DNA of 64,000 bases from Microcoleus sp. (GTDB taxonomy: Bacteria; Cyanobacteriota; Cyanobacteriia; Cyanobacteriales; Microcoleaceae), in contig CP181291.1 in NCBI GenBank assembly GCA_052279835.1, positions 5,344,001 through 5,408,000 on the forward strand. The letters run 5' to 3'. The position numbers and the translations under genes were made by a program. Each line of letters begins with the position of its first letter. The first letter of the stretch is position 1. Positions 18,901 through 29,988 of the stretch are shown here, one piece after another. Below the pieces are notes generated by a model that worked only from the letters and a program-made list of their open reading frames with translations, made no database searches and had not been told where the DNA came from.

Positions 18901-21778
18901 TTGACCTCGTTAAATCGCCTTTAGTAACAGCAATTGCTACTTCCGCAATCGCCCTTACCTGAGTAGTCAAATTAGCAGCCAATTCATTCACATTATCCGT
19001 CAAATCTCGCCAGGTTCCCGCCGCCCCAGGCACCTTCGCCTGACCGCCTAATTTCCCTTCAATTCCCACCTCTCGTGCCACGCTAGTAACCTGATCCGCA
19101 AACGTTGCCAGAGTATCGATCATCTCATTAATCGTATCTGCTAGAGTCGCAATTTCGCCCTTAGCTTCCAGCATCAATTTCCGCTTCAAATCGCCATTCG
19201 CCACCGCCGTCACCACCTTCGCAATCCCCCGCACTTGCGCCGTCAAATTCCCCGCCATCGAGTTAACATTATCAGTTAAATCTTTCCAAGTTCCCGCCAC
19301 TCCTTTCACCTCAGCTTGACCTCCCAATTTCCCTTCAGTACCCACCTCTCGCGCCACCCGCGTCACTTCTGAAGCAAAGGAATTAAGCTGATCCACCATC
19401 ACATTAATAGTATCTTTCAGTTCCAGAATTTCCCCTTTGACATCCACCGTAATTTTCTTAGACAAATCACCATTAGCCACCGCCTTCGTCACTTCCGCAA
19501 TATTCCGCACCTGCGCCGTCAAATTCCCGGCCATCAAGTTAACATTATCGGTTAAATCTTTCCAAGTTCCGCCCACACCGCGCACGTAAGCTTGCACGCC
19601 TAATTTACCTTCGGTTCCCACTTCCCGCGCCACCCGCGTTACTTCCGAAGCAAAGGAACTCAACTGATCCACCATGATATTAATCGTGTTTTTCAGTTCC
19701 AGAATTTCGCCTTTGACATCAACAGTAATTTTCTTAGATAAATCGCCATTAGCCACCGCCGTTGTCACCTCTGCAATGTTGCGAACTTGGGCGGTCAAAT
19801 TCCCCGCCATGGAGTTAACGGAATCGGTTAAATCCTTCCAAGTTCCTGCTACTCCCCGCACTTCTGCTTGCACACCTAATTTACCTTCGGTTCCCACTTC
19901 CCGCGCCACCCGCGTTACTTCCGAAGCAAAGGAATTTAACTGGTCAACCATCGTGTTGACAGTGTTTTTCAGTTCCAGAATTTCGCCTTTCACATCCACC
20001 GTAATTTTCTTAGATAAATCGCCATTAGCCACCGCCGTAGTCACAGCCGCAATATTCCGTACTTGGGCGGTCAAACTGCCCGCCATAAAATTAACTGAAT
20101 CGGTTAAATCCTTCCAAGTTCCTGCTACGCCTCGGACATCTGCTTGACCGCCCAGCTTGCCTTCGGAACCCACTTCCCTAGCCACCCGCGTGACTTCTGA
20201 TGCGAAGGAATTAAGCTGATCCACCATCACGTTAATCGTATTTTTTAGTTCTAAAATTTCGCCTTTAACTTGGACTGTAATTTTCTTAGATAAATCGCCA
20301 TTAGCCACCGCCGTTGTCACTTCCGCAATGTTGCGAACTTGGGCTGTCAAATTTCCCGCCATGGAGTTAACGGAATCGGTTAAATCCTTCCAAGTTCCTG
20401 CTACTCCCTGCACTTGAGCCTGCACGCCTAATTTGCCTTCCGTTCCTACTTCCCGCGCCACCCGCGTTACTTCCGAAGCAAAGGAATTTAATTGGTCAAC
20501 CATTGTGTTGACAGTGTTTTTTAACTCCAGAATTTCGCCCTTGACATCCACGGTAATTTTCTTAGATAAATCACCATTTGCCACCGCCGTTGTCACTTCC
20601 GCAATGTTACGAACTTGGGCTGTCAAACTGCCCGCCATAAAGTTAACACTATCTGTCAAATCTTTCCAAGTTCCCGCCACTCCCTTGACTTCTGCTTGCC
20701 CGCCGAGTTTGCCTTCGGAACCGACTTCTCTCGCCACCCGCGTTACTTCTGATGCGAAGGAATTTAACTGATCTACCATGATATTAATCGTGTTTTTCAG
20801 TTCCAGAATTTCGCCTTTAACATCTACAGTAATTTTCTTAGATAAATCGCCATTTGCCACCGCCGTTGTCACTTCCGCAATGTTGCGAACTTGGGCGGTC
20901 AAATTCCCTGCCATGGAGTTAACTGAATCGGTTAAATCTTTCCAAGTTCCTGCTACTCCCCGGACTTCTGCTTGCACTCCCAATTTGCCTTCATTGCCTA
21001 CGTCTCTAGCCACTCGCGTTACTTCGGATGCGAAGGAACTCAACTGGTCTACCATGATATTAATCGTGTTTTTCAGTTCCAGGATTTCGCCTTTGACATC
21101 GACGGTAATTTTTTTAGATAAATCGCCATTGGCCACCGCCGTTGTCACTTCCGCAATGTTCCGAACTTGGGCGGTTAAATTCCCCGCCATGGAGTTAACT
21201 GAATCGGTTAAATCTTTCCAAGTTCCTGCTACTCCCTGGACTTCTGCTTGCACGCCTAATTTGCCTTCGGTTCCTACTTCCCGCGCCACCCGCGTTACTT
21301 CTGATGCGAAGGAACTCAACTGGTCTACCATTGTGTTAACAATTTGAGCAGTTTGGAGGAATTCTCCTTTGAGGGGTCTGTCTTCTATTTCTAAGGCAAT
21401 GGTTTGGGATAAGTCTCCCTTGGCGACGGCGCGAATTACTCTGGCGGTTTCGGAGGTGGGTTGAACTAAATCTGTGATTAGGGTATTGACAGAATCAACG
21501 CTAGCTGACCACGAACCCTCGGCGTTGCCGATGGTGGCCCGCTGGGAGATTTTACCTTCTTTGCCGACAACTGTACTGATGCGATCGAGTTCGGCTGCCA
21601 TTCTCTGATTGAGTTCGATAATATCATTGAGGGTATCGGCAATTTTCCCTCCCAACCCAATCTGGTCTATGGGCATCCGAACTGAAAAGTCTCCTTTTTT
21701 GACAGCTACGAGGGTTCTCAGTAGTTGTTTGGCATAAAGTTTGTTTGGACTTTCCTGTGTGTTCTGTGCTGTTGACAT
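15964..21778 (-). pseudogene. Poly-HAMP / GAF / HisKA / HATPase / 3xREC hybrid kinase split by a +1 frameshift near 17538-17540 (ORFs 17483..21778 and 15964..17526)
   Basis: The upstream ORF has ~10 92-aa HAMP-chain units, [12 protein letters not shown] and the N-box [10 protein letters not shown], then an aberrant tail. The downstream frame resumes with [11 protein letters not shown] (G1), GGTGLGL (G2) and three REC domains. May be a sequencing error. Confidence 0.85.
18850..21340 (-). repeat. Intragenic 276-bp tandem repeat encoding the HAMP chain (boundaries approximate)
   Basis: GTW(K/R)DLTD occurs nine times at 92-aa spacing. Confidence 0.9.
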
Positions 21779-21899
21779 GACCGTTTCCTTTCGTGATTTG
21801 TAATGGGGAGGGGGAATATTTTTAAGTTTTGATATTATTGATATTATGGCGCTAAAGTAGTGTCTGATTGCTTCTGCCTAAAGATGGATTACAAATTAG

Positions 21900-22130
21900 T
21901 TATTGGTTATTGGGAATTGGGAATTGGTTATTGGTTATTGGTTATTGGTTATTGGTTTCAATGCCCAATTTCCAATTCTTTCCCCCCTTGGGGGGGGTAG
22001 GGGGGGGTGGCCCAATGCCTAATTTCCCATTATCTCCCCCCAAGGGGGGCCCAATTCCCAATTCCCAATTCCCAATTCCCAATTCCCAATTCCCAATTCC
22101 CAATTCCCAATTCCCCATTCCCCATTCCCC
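21900..22130. repeat. Heptamer STRR tracts (TTATTGG / TTGGGAA, then CCCAATT repeats) around poly-C/G hairpins
   Basis: Visible 7-mer tandem arrays in opposite orientations. Confidence 0.9.
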
Positions 22131-22143
22131 ATGAACAATAAGA

Positions 22144-24258
22144 TTACTTCCAGTTTTGCCAAGAACTATTGAAGACAGAAGTACCCGGAAATGCGATGGG
22201 ATTGGCATTTTGTTGTAGCCGCAACTGTAACACCTCCAAATTGGGCTCGCGGGATGGCAATTCGTCCACCAATTGATAAGGTATAATCCCATTTTCTAGG
22301 GAAAAAGCAGCCGTAATTCCGGCCGCTGCACCAGCGGACCATTCAAAAGAATGCACCCGATAAGCAGCCGCCGCTGTGTGGCTGACAGCAATACTTTTAC
22401 CCGCCACCAACATATTATCAATTTTCTGAGGAATCATTGCCCGCAGCGGAATTTGGAAGGGATAAGCTTGACCTTGACCTTTGCGAGTTCCTTCGCGTTC
22501 GGTGTTTCCTGGTGCTTCTGGGGGACTGTTGGTCATGCAGGGGTGAAAGTCGATCGCATAATGACCAATACCCACAGCATCTGGATAAATCGTAGCGCGC
22601 GATCGCGATTTTGTATTCTCAACCGATTGACTACCCACAGCCAAAGCCGGCGCATTTAAACCACCCAAATTCAGCCACAAATTCCGGTAATCTTCCGCCG
22701 ACAAATTCTGACGGTAAAAACTATCCTTAAAATTAGTGCGAGACATATCAACTTCCCACACCGTAAAACCTTGAGGCTGACTCAAACTTGGTCTCCCAAT
22801 AATTCGTCTGCCCTCCCGCATATAAGGATATTTAGAAAGTCCGTGAACGGTCCCCATCGGCGAATCTAGTCCGCTCAAAAATCGATTATTTGGATAAGGC
22901 TTTTTGACACCATTACCGAGTTGCGAGTCAGTGGTTCCTGCTACCAACCAGTAGAAAAAGCCTTTAGCATTTTCTTCCCCACGCCGCAATGTTTCTGTTC
23001 GCAAACCACCCATCCAGCCACCGGGTTGCAGTTGACCGTTCGCGGCGAGTTGCTCGCGAGAATAAATTAAATTATCCTGGGAAGAACCAGGGCGATAGTC
23101 ATTACCCCAAGTCCAGTTTTGCATGGAAATATCCCCAGGGTAAATGGGGAATTGCTTGGGGTCGGCAGGGCGCGGTTCATCGGGTTTCATACTCCTGATT
23201 TGGCGGTAGCTGAAAACCAAAGGAAAACTAGCTAATCTCTGCAATTCGTAACTGTAATAAGGAGCATATTGCTGATAAAAAGATGGCTGTTGCTGCTGTT
23301 GGGGTTCCTTCGTTGCCTCCATGGCAAAGGTGTAGGTAAAACCTTGAGTACAATAAGCATCACCCGTAGGACTTCCAGAGGAAGGTTCTAGGGGGGAACG
23401 GGGGTCAATCCCCAGGCGGTAGGGAACATCGGCTAGTCCGATTAATTCGCCGGTTTCTGTGGCATCGACAACGTACCAATCAGCACCCATCTTACTTTGT
23501 AAAGGGGGGGTCTGACGTGGTTTGGGAATAAACCGGATAATGGTTTTGTTAAATCGCGCCGAATTTTCGTAGCGGTAGGCATCTTCGATGGTTTTAGAAA
23601 GGGTTTCGGTGTTGATTGGTGGGGTATTGGGGGCTGGTTGGTGCGAAATGGCGATCGCACTTTTAATTTGTTGACCACCCACCGCATTTCCCGCCACAGC
23701 AGGAGTAATTTCTAGTTCTTTAATTACCGTATTGGGAAACCATTTCAGCTTACCATTTCCTGTTTTAGCAGCATCCTGTAACACTTCAAATAAAATTTTG
23801 TGACCGTCGTAGGGCATGAAACAGGAATAACTAACCCAACAGCCGCCGGGATTGAGACGGCCGTAATGTTCCTTGATGCGCCGTCGCAATTCTAGGTAGC
23901 CGCGGGGGTAAAATAAGAGCGATCGCTGAGTGTCTCTTTCATCTAGTGCAGAGGTTCCCTGGGAGGAGATTTGGCCACCTACCCAGTCCGTAATTTCCGT
24001 CAGACAAACCGTGCGACCAGCCCGCAAACCTTCGTAGGCGGTAGCAGCACCAGCCAGTCCGCCACCTGCTACCAGAATATCACAAGTTTCCTCGCGATCT
24101 AGATTGCGATTCGGCGCGGAAAATACGGGTGAAATAGTGGATATTACCGAAATTAGACCGAGAGATAGGCTCAAGAGCGATCGACTTTTGAGCCAGAATA
24201 AATACCTTGGCGGTTTCATCGCAGATTGTTGGCTAAATTTTGACATAACTCCAGACAC
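22144..24258 (-). CDS. Exported FAD-dependent oxidoreductase
   Basis: Signal-like N-terminus, [55 protein letters not shown]. Confidence 0.85.
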   Translation of the reverse strand: MSGVMSKFSQQSAMKPPRYLFWLKSRSLLSLSLGLISVISTISPVFSAPNRNLDREETCDILVAGGGLAGAATAYEGLRAGRTVCLTEITDWVGGQISSQGTSALDERDTQRSLLFYPRGYLELRRRIKEHYGRLNPGGCWVSYSCFMPYDGHKILFEVLQDAAKTGNGKLKWFPNTVIKELEITPAVAGNAVGGQQIKSAIAISHQPAPNTPPINTETLSKTIEDAYRYENSARFNKTIIRFIPKPRQTPPLQSKMGADWYVVDATETGELIGLADVPYRLGIDPRSPLEPSSGSPTGDAYCTQGFTYTFAMEATKEPQQQQQPSFYQQYAPYYSYELQRLASFPLVFSYRQIRSMKPDEPRPADPKQFPIYPGDISMQNWTWGNDYRPGSSQDNLIYSREQLAANGQLQPGGWMGGLRTETLRRGEENAKGFFYWLVAGTTDSQLGNGVKKPYPNNRFLSGLDSPMGTVHGLSKYPYMREGRRIIGRPSLSQPQGFTVWEVDMSRTNFKDSFYRQNLSAEDYRNLWLNLGGLNAPALAVGSQSVENTKSRSRATIYPDAVGIGHYAIDFHPCMTNSPPEAPGNTEREGTRKGQGQAYPFQIPLRAMIPQKIDNMLVAGKSIAVSHTAAAAYRVHSFEWSAGAAAGITAAFSLENGIIPYQLVDELPSREPNLEVLQLRLQQNANPIAFPGTSVFNSSWQNWK

Positions 24259-24369
24259 TTATGGTGTCCAAATCTTTATTTTGCACTATACTGACATTTA
24301 AGTGTACTGTCAGAGCAAATTTTTAGTTTTCTAGCGGATTAGTAAGTATAACAACTATTTAATATCCCC

Positions 24370-24891
24370 ATGAACCCGATGAGCAACATTCTCAGATTTT
24401 TTAGATTTTTGCTCCCTTTTGAAAAATTTAAAATTACCACAACTTTAACTTTTTCTAAGGTGCTGCAAAGATTAGACGAAGTTGTCGATACTCCCAAAAT
24501 TTTTAGAATCGTGATACCTTTTGGGCCACCACCTCCCAAACCTTATGAGGGAACCATAAATGGCAAGACTTTTAAAATTAGTCGGATTATCAGCGGTCGC
24601 AATTCTTTCCTGCCATTTATTCAAGGAGAAATACATCCTCAACCCTTCGGTTGTGTAATAGATATTAACATGAGTTTGCATAAACTTGTGATGATATTTA
24701 TGATTTTTTGGTTGTGGTTCACAGGTAGTATTGGCATTTTTGCTTTATTTGCTTGGTTCACAGAACCCTCTGTGGGACCTATATTTCTTCCCTTGTTAGG
24801 AATGTTTATATTTGGGTTGATTTTGTTTATAGTTCCGTTTAAGATAGAAGCAAAAATCGCTACTAAGTTTTTATCTACTTTATTTAATTAA
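24370..24891 (+). CDS. Hypothetical membrane protein
   Basis: 173-aa ORF with two C-terminal hydrophobic helices; AT-rich. Confidence 0.7.
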   Translation: MNPMSNILRFFRFLLPFEKFKITTTLTFSKVLQRLDEVVDTPKIFRIVIPFGPPPPKPYEGTINGKTFKISRIISGRNSFLPFIQGEIHPQPFGCVIDINMSLHKLVMIFMIFWLWFTGSIGIFALFAWFTEPSVGPIFLPLLGMFIFGLILFIVPFKIEAKIATKFLSTLFN

Positions 24892-24927
24892 GTAGAAGGA
24901 AGAAGAACCCCCCCCTGCCCCCCCCAA

Positions 24928-25017
24928 GGGGGGAAATGCTGGGAGAAGTCACCCCGCAATCGGGGGGAAATGCTGGGAGAAGTCACCCCGCAATCGGGGG
25001 GAAATGCTGGGAGAAGT
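24928..25017. repeat. 34-bp tandem repeat (~2.6 copies) GGGGGGAAATGCTGGGAGAAGTCACCCCGCAATC
   Basis: Directly visible between convergent genes. Confidence 0.85.
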
Positions 25018-25033
25018 TATCTCGGTCTTGAAA

Positions 25034-27271
25034 TCACCTTTTGTTAAACTTTACTTTCAAATCGTTAACGGTGGGCGCTCTTTGCGGTAAAGTGATTTTG
25101 CGATCGCTCTTTGCTTGCTCTGGCGATCGCATTGTTAAACTAATTCGCTTCAACTTCTCATTCACCTCCAAAACTCGGACTTTCACCACTTGTCCGACTT
25201 TCACAATCTGTTTCGGATCTTCGACAAATCTGTCTGCTAATTGAGAAATATGCACTAAACCATCTTGGTGTACTCCCACATCGACAAAAGCCCCAAAGTT
25301 AGCTACATTCGTGATTATTCCTTCCAATTCCATCCCCGCTGTCAAGTCAGACATTCCTTTGATTCCTTCTTTAAAAGTAGCGTATTTGAACTCAGCTCGC
25401 GGGTCTCGGCCCGGCTTTTCTAGTTCGGAAATAATGTCTCGCAGGGTTGGTTCGCCTACTTTTTCTGTGACATATTTCTTAATATTGACACCCTTGAGTT
25501 TTTCGGCTATTTGTGTTACTTGGGTCAGCGGTATGTTCAAATCCTTGGCGATCGCCTGAACTACCGCATAACTTTCGGGATGGACTGCGGTATTATCTAA
25601 CAGGTTCTCGCCGTTGCGAATGCGGAGAAATCCGGCTGCTTGTTCAAAGGCTTTGGGGCCGAGTTTGGGGACTTTCAGGAGTTGGCGACGATTTTTAAAG
25701 GCACCGTTTTCGTTGCGGTAATTGACTATATTTTTGGCTACTGTTGGACTCATTCCTGACACAAAAGTTAGCAATTCTTTGGAGGCTGTGTTTAAATCTA
25801 CTCCTACATAGTTGACACAGCTTTCGACTGTTTCATCTAGTTTCTTTTTCAGCAGTTTTTGGTCAACATCGTGCTGGTATTGTCCAACTCCAATGGATTT
25901 GGGGTCGATTTTGACCAGTTCGGCTAAGGGATCTTGTAAACGTCTTCCAATGCTGACTGCGCCCCTGACGGTGATGTCGAGATCGGGAAATTCGGCGATC
26001 GCCACTTCACTGGCTGAATAAACCGATGCGCCGGATTCATTCACCATCACTTTAATTGGCTTGGTGTCTAATTCTGCCAAAACTTCGGCCACAAATTCAT
26101 CGGTTTCGCGGGAAGCGGTACCATTGCCGATCGCAATTAATTCAATTTTATATTTTTCAATTAAATGCTTGACAATTTTAGCAGCTTGCTGTCTCTGACT
26201 GGCTGCTTGGTGTGGAAAAATCGCTTGATATTCCAAAAATTGTCCAGTTTCATCCAGGGCGGAAACTTTGCAGCCGGTGCGAAATCCCGGATCGATCGCC
26301 AATGTGGGCTTCATTCCCGCCGGCGCAGACAGCAGCAACTCCCGGAAATTGGTTTCAAAAGTGGCGATCGACTCAATATCCGCAGCAGTTTTATTGTGCG
26401 ATCGCACTTCCGTCATCAAAGAAGTCTTCATCAGTCGGTTAAACGCATCCTTCAACATCGATCGATAAAACTCCTTAACAAAGGGTATCTTAGTTTTAAT
26501 TTCCTGAAATTCCAGATAAGCCATCACCGCTGCTTCATCAAAAGTCAAGTCTAAATCCAATATTCCTTCACTTTCTCCCCGAAACAGTGCTAACATATTG
26601 TGTGAATTAACACTTCTGGCAGCCACTTGGTAATTGCGGTACATTTCAAACTTGGTACTTCCTTCAGGAAAATCCTCTTTAATCTTCGAGACAAACAATG
26701 CTGTTTCCATCAAAAACTCTCGCAAGTATGACCGCAACTCGGCTTTTTCCGAAACACCTTCTGCTAAAATATCCGCAGCACCTTTGAGAGCATCTTCTGC
26801 TGTTTTCACTCCCTTTTCTTCCGAAATGTATTTAGCTGCTTCCGCTTCGACATCTGCTGGTTTAGCTTCCGGTTGATTCAAAGACTGGATAAACTCTGCT
26901 AGGGCTTCTAAACCTTTTTCTCTGGCAATTGTTGCTCGCGTCCGCCGCTTTTGTTTATAAGGTAAATAAAGGTCTTCTAATTCATTTTTTTGCAAACAAG
27001 ATTGAATTTTGGCTTCCAGTTCTTCGGTGAGTTTTCCTTGGGCAGAAATAGTCGCTAAAATAGATTTTTTGCGGTCTTCGATTTCCGTCAGATAGGTAAA
27101 GCGATCGGAAATATCGCGTAACTGAATTTCATTAAGAGAATCGGTTTTTTCTTTCCGGTAGCGGGCTATAAATGGAATTGTTGCTCCCTCAGAGAAGAGT
27201 TCCAGAGCATTGTTTACTTGAGCAAGATTGATGGACAGTTCTTGAGCTATTAGTTGAGGAATGTTGAGCAT
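25034..27271 (-). CDS. tex: Tex family RNA-binding transcription accessory protein
   Basis: TIPFIARYRKE, DPGFRTGCK, GRRLQDPLAELVKI, C-terminal S1 domain. Confidence 0.97.
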   Translation of the reverse strand: MLNIPQLIAQELSINLAQVNNALELFSEGATIPFIARYRKEKTDSLNEIQLRDISDRFTYLTEIEDRKKSILATISAQGKLTEELEAKIQSCLQKNELEDLYLPYKQKRRTRATIAREKGLEALAEFIQSLNQPEAKPADVEAEAAKYISEEKGVKTAEDALKGAADILAEGVSEKAELRSYLREFLMETALFVSKIKEDFPEGSTKFEMYRNYQVAARSVNSHNMLALFRGESEGILDLDLTFDEAAVMAYLEFQEIKTKIPFVKEFYRSMLKDAFNRLMKTSLMTEVRSHNKTAADIESIATFETNFRELLLSAPAGMKPTLAIDPGFRTGCKVSALDETGQFLEYQAIFPHQAASQRQQAAKIVKHLIEKYKIELIAIGNGTASRETDEFVAEVLAELDTKPIKVMVNESGASVYSASEVAIAEFPDLDITVRGAVSIGRRLQDPLAELVKIDPKSIGVGQYQHDVDQKLLKKKLDETVESCVNYVGVDLNTASKELLTFVSGMSPTVAKNIVNYRNENGAFKNRRQLLKVPKLGPKAFEQAAGFLRIRNGENLLDNTAVHPESYAVVQAIAKDLNIPLTQVTQIAEKLKGVNIKKYVTEKVGEPTLRDIISELEKPGRDPRAEFKYATFKEGIKGMSDLTAGMELEGIITNVANFGAFVDVGVHQDGLVHISQLADRFVEDPKQIVKVGQVVKVRVLEVNEKLKRISLTMRSPEQAKSDRKITLPQRAPTVNDLKVKFNKR

Positions 27272-27375
27272 AGTGCAGATTTTCTGGTCAATTGCTGGCG
27301 ATTAAGTAATTATTTAGAAGTGGCGGGGATTAATCACAAAAATTAACCCCAGAGGAGAAGAGATTAAGAAGAATT

Positions 27376-27586
27376 GGGTGCATCTGTGTTTGGCAAATAT
27401 ATTCCTAGGGGCTGTAGCATGACCGCTGTAAATCTCTGGTTATTACTAATAAATTGTCTGCGGTCATGCTTCGCCCTTACAACATCGGGATGATCCCGAA
27501 GAACCCCCCCCTGCCCCCCCCAAGGGGGGAATTTTAGGAATAAGAACCGGGTGCATCTGTGTTTGGCAAATATATTCCTAGGGGCT
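27376..27586. repeat. 38-bp perfect direct repeat flanking REP-like hairpins
   Basis: GGGTGCATCTGTGTTTGGCAAATATATTCCTAGGGGCT at 27376-27413 and 27549-27586. Confidence 0.85.
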
Positions 27587-27645
27587 AGGAGTATTATAGT
27601 GATTTTAGCATAAATGCAGTCATTTCTCAAATTCGGACTCTTCTT

Positions 27646-28524
27646 TTATTTGAATGTTTCTGCATAGGGAGATTGGTGCAAGTAGGCTTTGTTTGCAGAA
27701 CCGAAAAGCTTGAGTTTGCCTGCCACCACCGATCGCATGGCATCGATCGCCTTTGTCATCACTTCCAGTAAATCAGGATCTGACAAAGAACTGCTAGTTT
27801 TCAACACCTCCATATAAGCTTCCCGAACTTCGGTGTTGACATTGAATTTAGAGACACCTAATTTAATAGATTCACTAATCATTGATTCCGGTAAACCGCT
27901 AGCACCATGCAGCACTAAGGGCACTGAAACCAAAGCCCGGATTTTTGCCAACCGGGGAAAATCGAGTTGTGGTTCGCTCAAATATTGACCATGAACATTA
28001 CCAATTGTTACAGCCAAAAAATCCACTTTAGTTGCTTGAATAAACTCAACTGCTTGTAAGGGGTCGGTCATTTTTGCAGCTTTTGCTTCAATAGTCAAAC
28101 CATCTTCTGTGCCGCTAATTCTGCCAATTTCCGCCTCAACTACCGCGCCGTTAGCGTGGGATAATAAAGTCATTTCGCGGGTAAAACTCAAGTTTTTTTC
28201 GTAGGGTAAAGGAGAACCATCTGCCATAATTGATTTGATACCAGAGGCTAGGGCTAGATCGATGTCTTTTTCTGAGGTACTGTGGTCTAAATGTACGGCG
28301 ATGGGTACTAAGGATTTGCGGGCTGCTTCCATGCAAAGGGCGACTAAAGGCGATTTTCCGTATTTAAGGGCGCTGGGGTGAAGTTGAAGCATGGCTGGAC
28401 TTTGAAGCGCTTCGGCTGCATCAATCACGGCTTTAACTCCTTCGAGGTTATAAACATTAAAAGCCCCGATCGCATAAGCATTTCTCCGGGCTGTTTCCAG
28501 CAATTCGCTAGTTGATGTCAGCAT
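27646..28524 (-). CDS. Class II ketose-bisphosphate aldolase
   Basis: GAFNVYNLE, VHLDH, VEAEIG, GNVHG, LVLHGASG, KFNVNT. ATG at 28524 preferred over the track start at 28539. Confidence 0.92.
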   Translation of the reverse strand: MLTSTSELLETARRNAYAIGAFNVYNLEGVKAVIDAAEALQSPAMLQLHPSALKYGKSPLVALCMEAARKSLVPIAVHLDHSTSEKDIDLALASGIKSIMADGSPLPYEKNLSFTREMTLLSHANGAVVEAEIGRISGTEDGLTIEAKAAKMTDPLQAVEFIQATKVDFLAVTIGNVHGQYLSEPQLDFPRLAKIRALVSVPLVLHGASGLPESMISESIKLGVSKFNVNTEVREAYMEVLKTSSSLSDPDLLEVMTKAIDAMRSVVAGKLKLFGSANKAYLHQSPYAETFK

Positions 28525-28716
28525 AAGTACCAGGCTCAAAACGGTTCTGAATACTTACAATTTTATCGGTGAATGTACAAAATGTATAAAATGTACGGAA
28601 TTGTGGCAAAAGATCGCCTAAAAACTCCAGTGTTTTGAACTTTCAGACACCGGAGTTCCTATCCCCAAATTTTCGATATCGCTTTCAGGATTCAACCGTC
28701 AGTTGCGCTAACAGTC

Positions 28717-29355
28717 TCAGTAACAATATCTGCCATCTTGAGCTTTTTTTTGTCTTTGAGCGATGCGTTTATGTCCTAAAATTGTGGAGATAATCACACA
28801 TCGATCGCCCTTTGGGAGATGAGGATGAGATAATGTGAGTCTGCCTTTGGCTTCTAAACTGGTTAATCCACACTGATTTTCACTGTTATAAACTGGGCAA
28901 CCTTGGAAATTGAACATAGCTCGTCGGAAGGTTCCTTTGTCTGTGGGTTTGTTATTTCCATCAATTTTGAGCAGTGTTGTTTCCGATTTTCCTTTGTCGT
29001 TGATTTCTGTATGTATTTGAATATCCGATTCTAAATTTTTCCATTCCCCTGGGGGGACTTGGGCTGGGGGAATTTCGGATTTATGAATGGCTACTTGTAC
29101 GATGTTTCCTACTTGTTTGAAGCTGGCTTGCCATGCAATTTTATCACGTTTGGCGTTGCTGCGGGCTGTTACCATAGCCTGATAAGCGCGATCGACTGAT
29201 GTTTTGATGCGGTAGTTGTTGATGAACATTTGCCAAGCGGGAGCGCTGACGGCACTGACAATGCCTAAAATTAATACTATGGTTAGTAATTCAACCACTG
29301 TAAAACCCGCAGCAGAGGCTGTTGCTCTGCTTGTGAAACTTTTATGAATTGACAT
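28717..29355 (-). CDS. Type IV pilin-like / pseudopilin (hps locus)
   Basis: Prepilin cleavage motif AGFTVVELL; C-terminal Cys residues. Confidence 0.85.
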   Translation of the reverse strand: MSIHKSFTSRATASAAGFTVVELLTIVLILGIVSAVSAPAWQMFINNYRIKTSVDRAYQAMVTARSNAKRDKIAWQASFKQVGNIVQVAIHKSEIPPAQVPPGEWKNLESDIQIHTEINDKGKSETTLLKIDGNNKPTDKGTFRRAMFNFQGCPVYNSENQCGLTSLEAKGRLTLSHPHLPKGDRCVIISTILGHKRIAQRQKKAQDGRYCY

Positions 29356-29548
29356 TTAGATGCACTCCTAAATGGCGTTAAGAAAAGTTATCTAATTGAA
29401 TTAGGTTTATATTAATTGCTGAATTTGGTGTATGTGTAGATCGGTATTTACGGAAATTTAAGGAAATGTACGATCGCACTTTAGATGTGTAGCGTGTTTG
29501 TGAAATATCGATCGCATTTGGCATCCTCCGCGATTTATCGAAGCTGAG

Positions 29549-29782
29549 CAGAGCTGTTTCATTCTCTTGTAGGGGCGGTGCCAAGAGTGCCCGCCCCCAT
29601 CTTTGAGACTAATACCATTTTCATAAAGTCATACTACAGATGTAGTTCAAAGCCCCCCCTTGGCAAGGGGGGGTTGGGGGGGTAGATATGTAGCGCTACT
29701 TTATGAAATTGGTATAAGAGGGTAGGCACGGGGGCACTACCCCTACAAAACGATGATTTGTCACCAGAATGAAACAGCCCTG
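29549..29782. mobile_element. MITE-like shell with CAGGGCTGTTTCATTCT terminal inverted repeats enclosing a REP pair and a nested MITE
   Basis: CAGAGCTGTTTCATTCT (29549-29565) and AGAATGAAACAGCCCTG (29766-29782) are inverted with one mismatch; no TSD recognised. Confidence 0.6.
29613..29714. mobile_element. 102-bp MITE with TAA TSD (same family as 1691..1792)
   Basis: TACCATTTTCATAAAGT...ACTTTATGAAATTGGTA flanked by TAA on both sides; a degenerate copy lies at about 39464-39565. Confidence 0.85.
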
Positions 29783-29785
29783 CCC

Positions 29786-29988
29786 CATTGGTGTCAACTT
29801 AAGCAGATCATCTGCGAGTCCGCGAGTCCGCCAGGGGTTGAAACCCCTGGCTAATAGCGAAAGTCCTCTCAAAGAGGACTGAAGAGAAGAATCTCAACTC
29901 ATTAGTCCTCTTTTAGAGGACTTTAGCTTTGAGACAGGGGTTTCAACCCCTGTCGGACTATCGGTTTGACGTTAAGTTGACACCAATG
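29786..29988. mobile_element. 203-bp MITE with 17-bp perfect TIR CATTGGTGTCAACTTAA and 9-bp TSD
   Basis: GCCCTGCCC at 29777-29785 and 29989-29997; four internal hairpins in mirror order. Confidence 0.9.

Noticed and set aside
19674..21347. Repetitive plus-strand ORFs opposite the HAMP array
   Set aside because: Antisense shadows of the repeated kinase codons, with no independent coding signal.
21868..22292. ORFs 21868..22134 (+) and 21942..22292 (-)
   Set aside because: They are translations of heptamer STRR tracts (PIPNSQF / GIGNWEL repeats).
24928..25017. CRISPR-like 34-bp repeats
   Set aside because: Head-to-tail tandem copies with no spacers.
27376..27586. Two-repeat mini-CRISPR
   Set aside because: The 135-bp spacer is too long and consists of known dispersed hairpin repeats.
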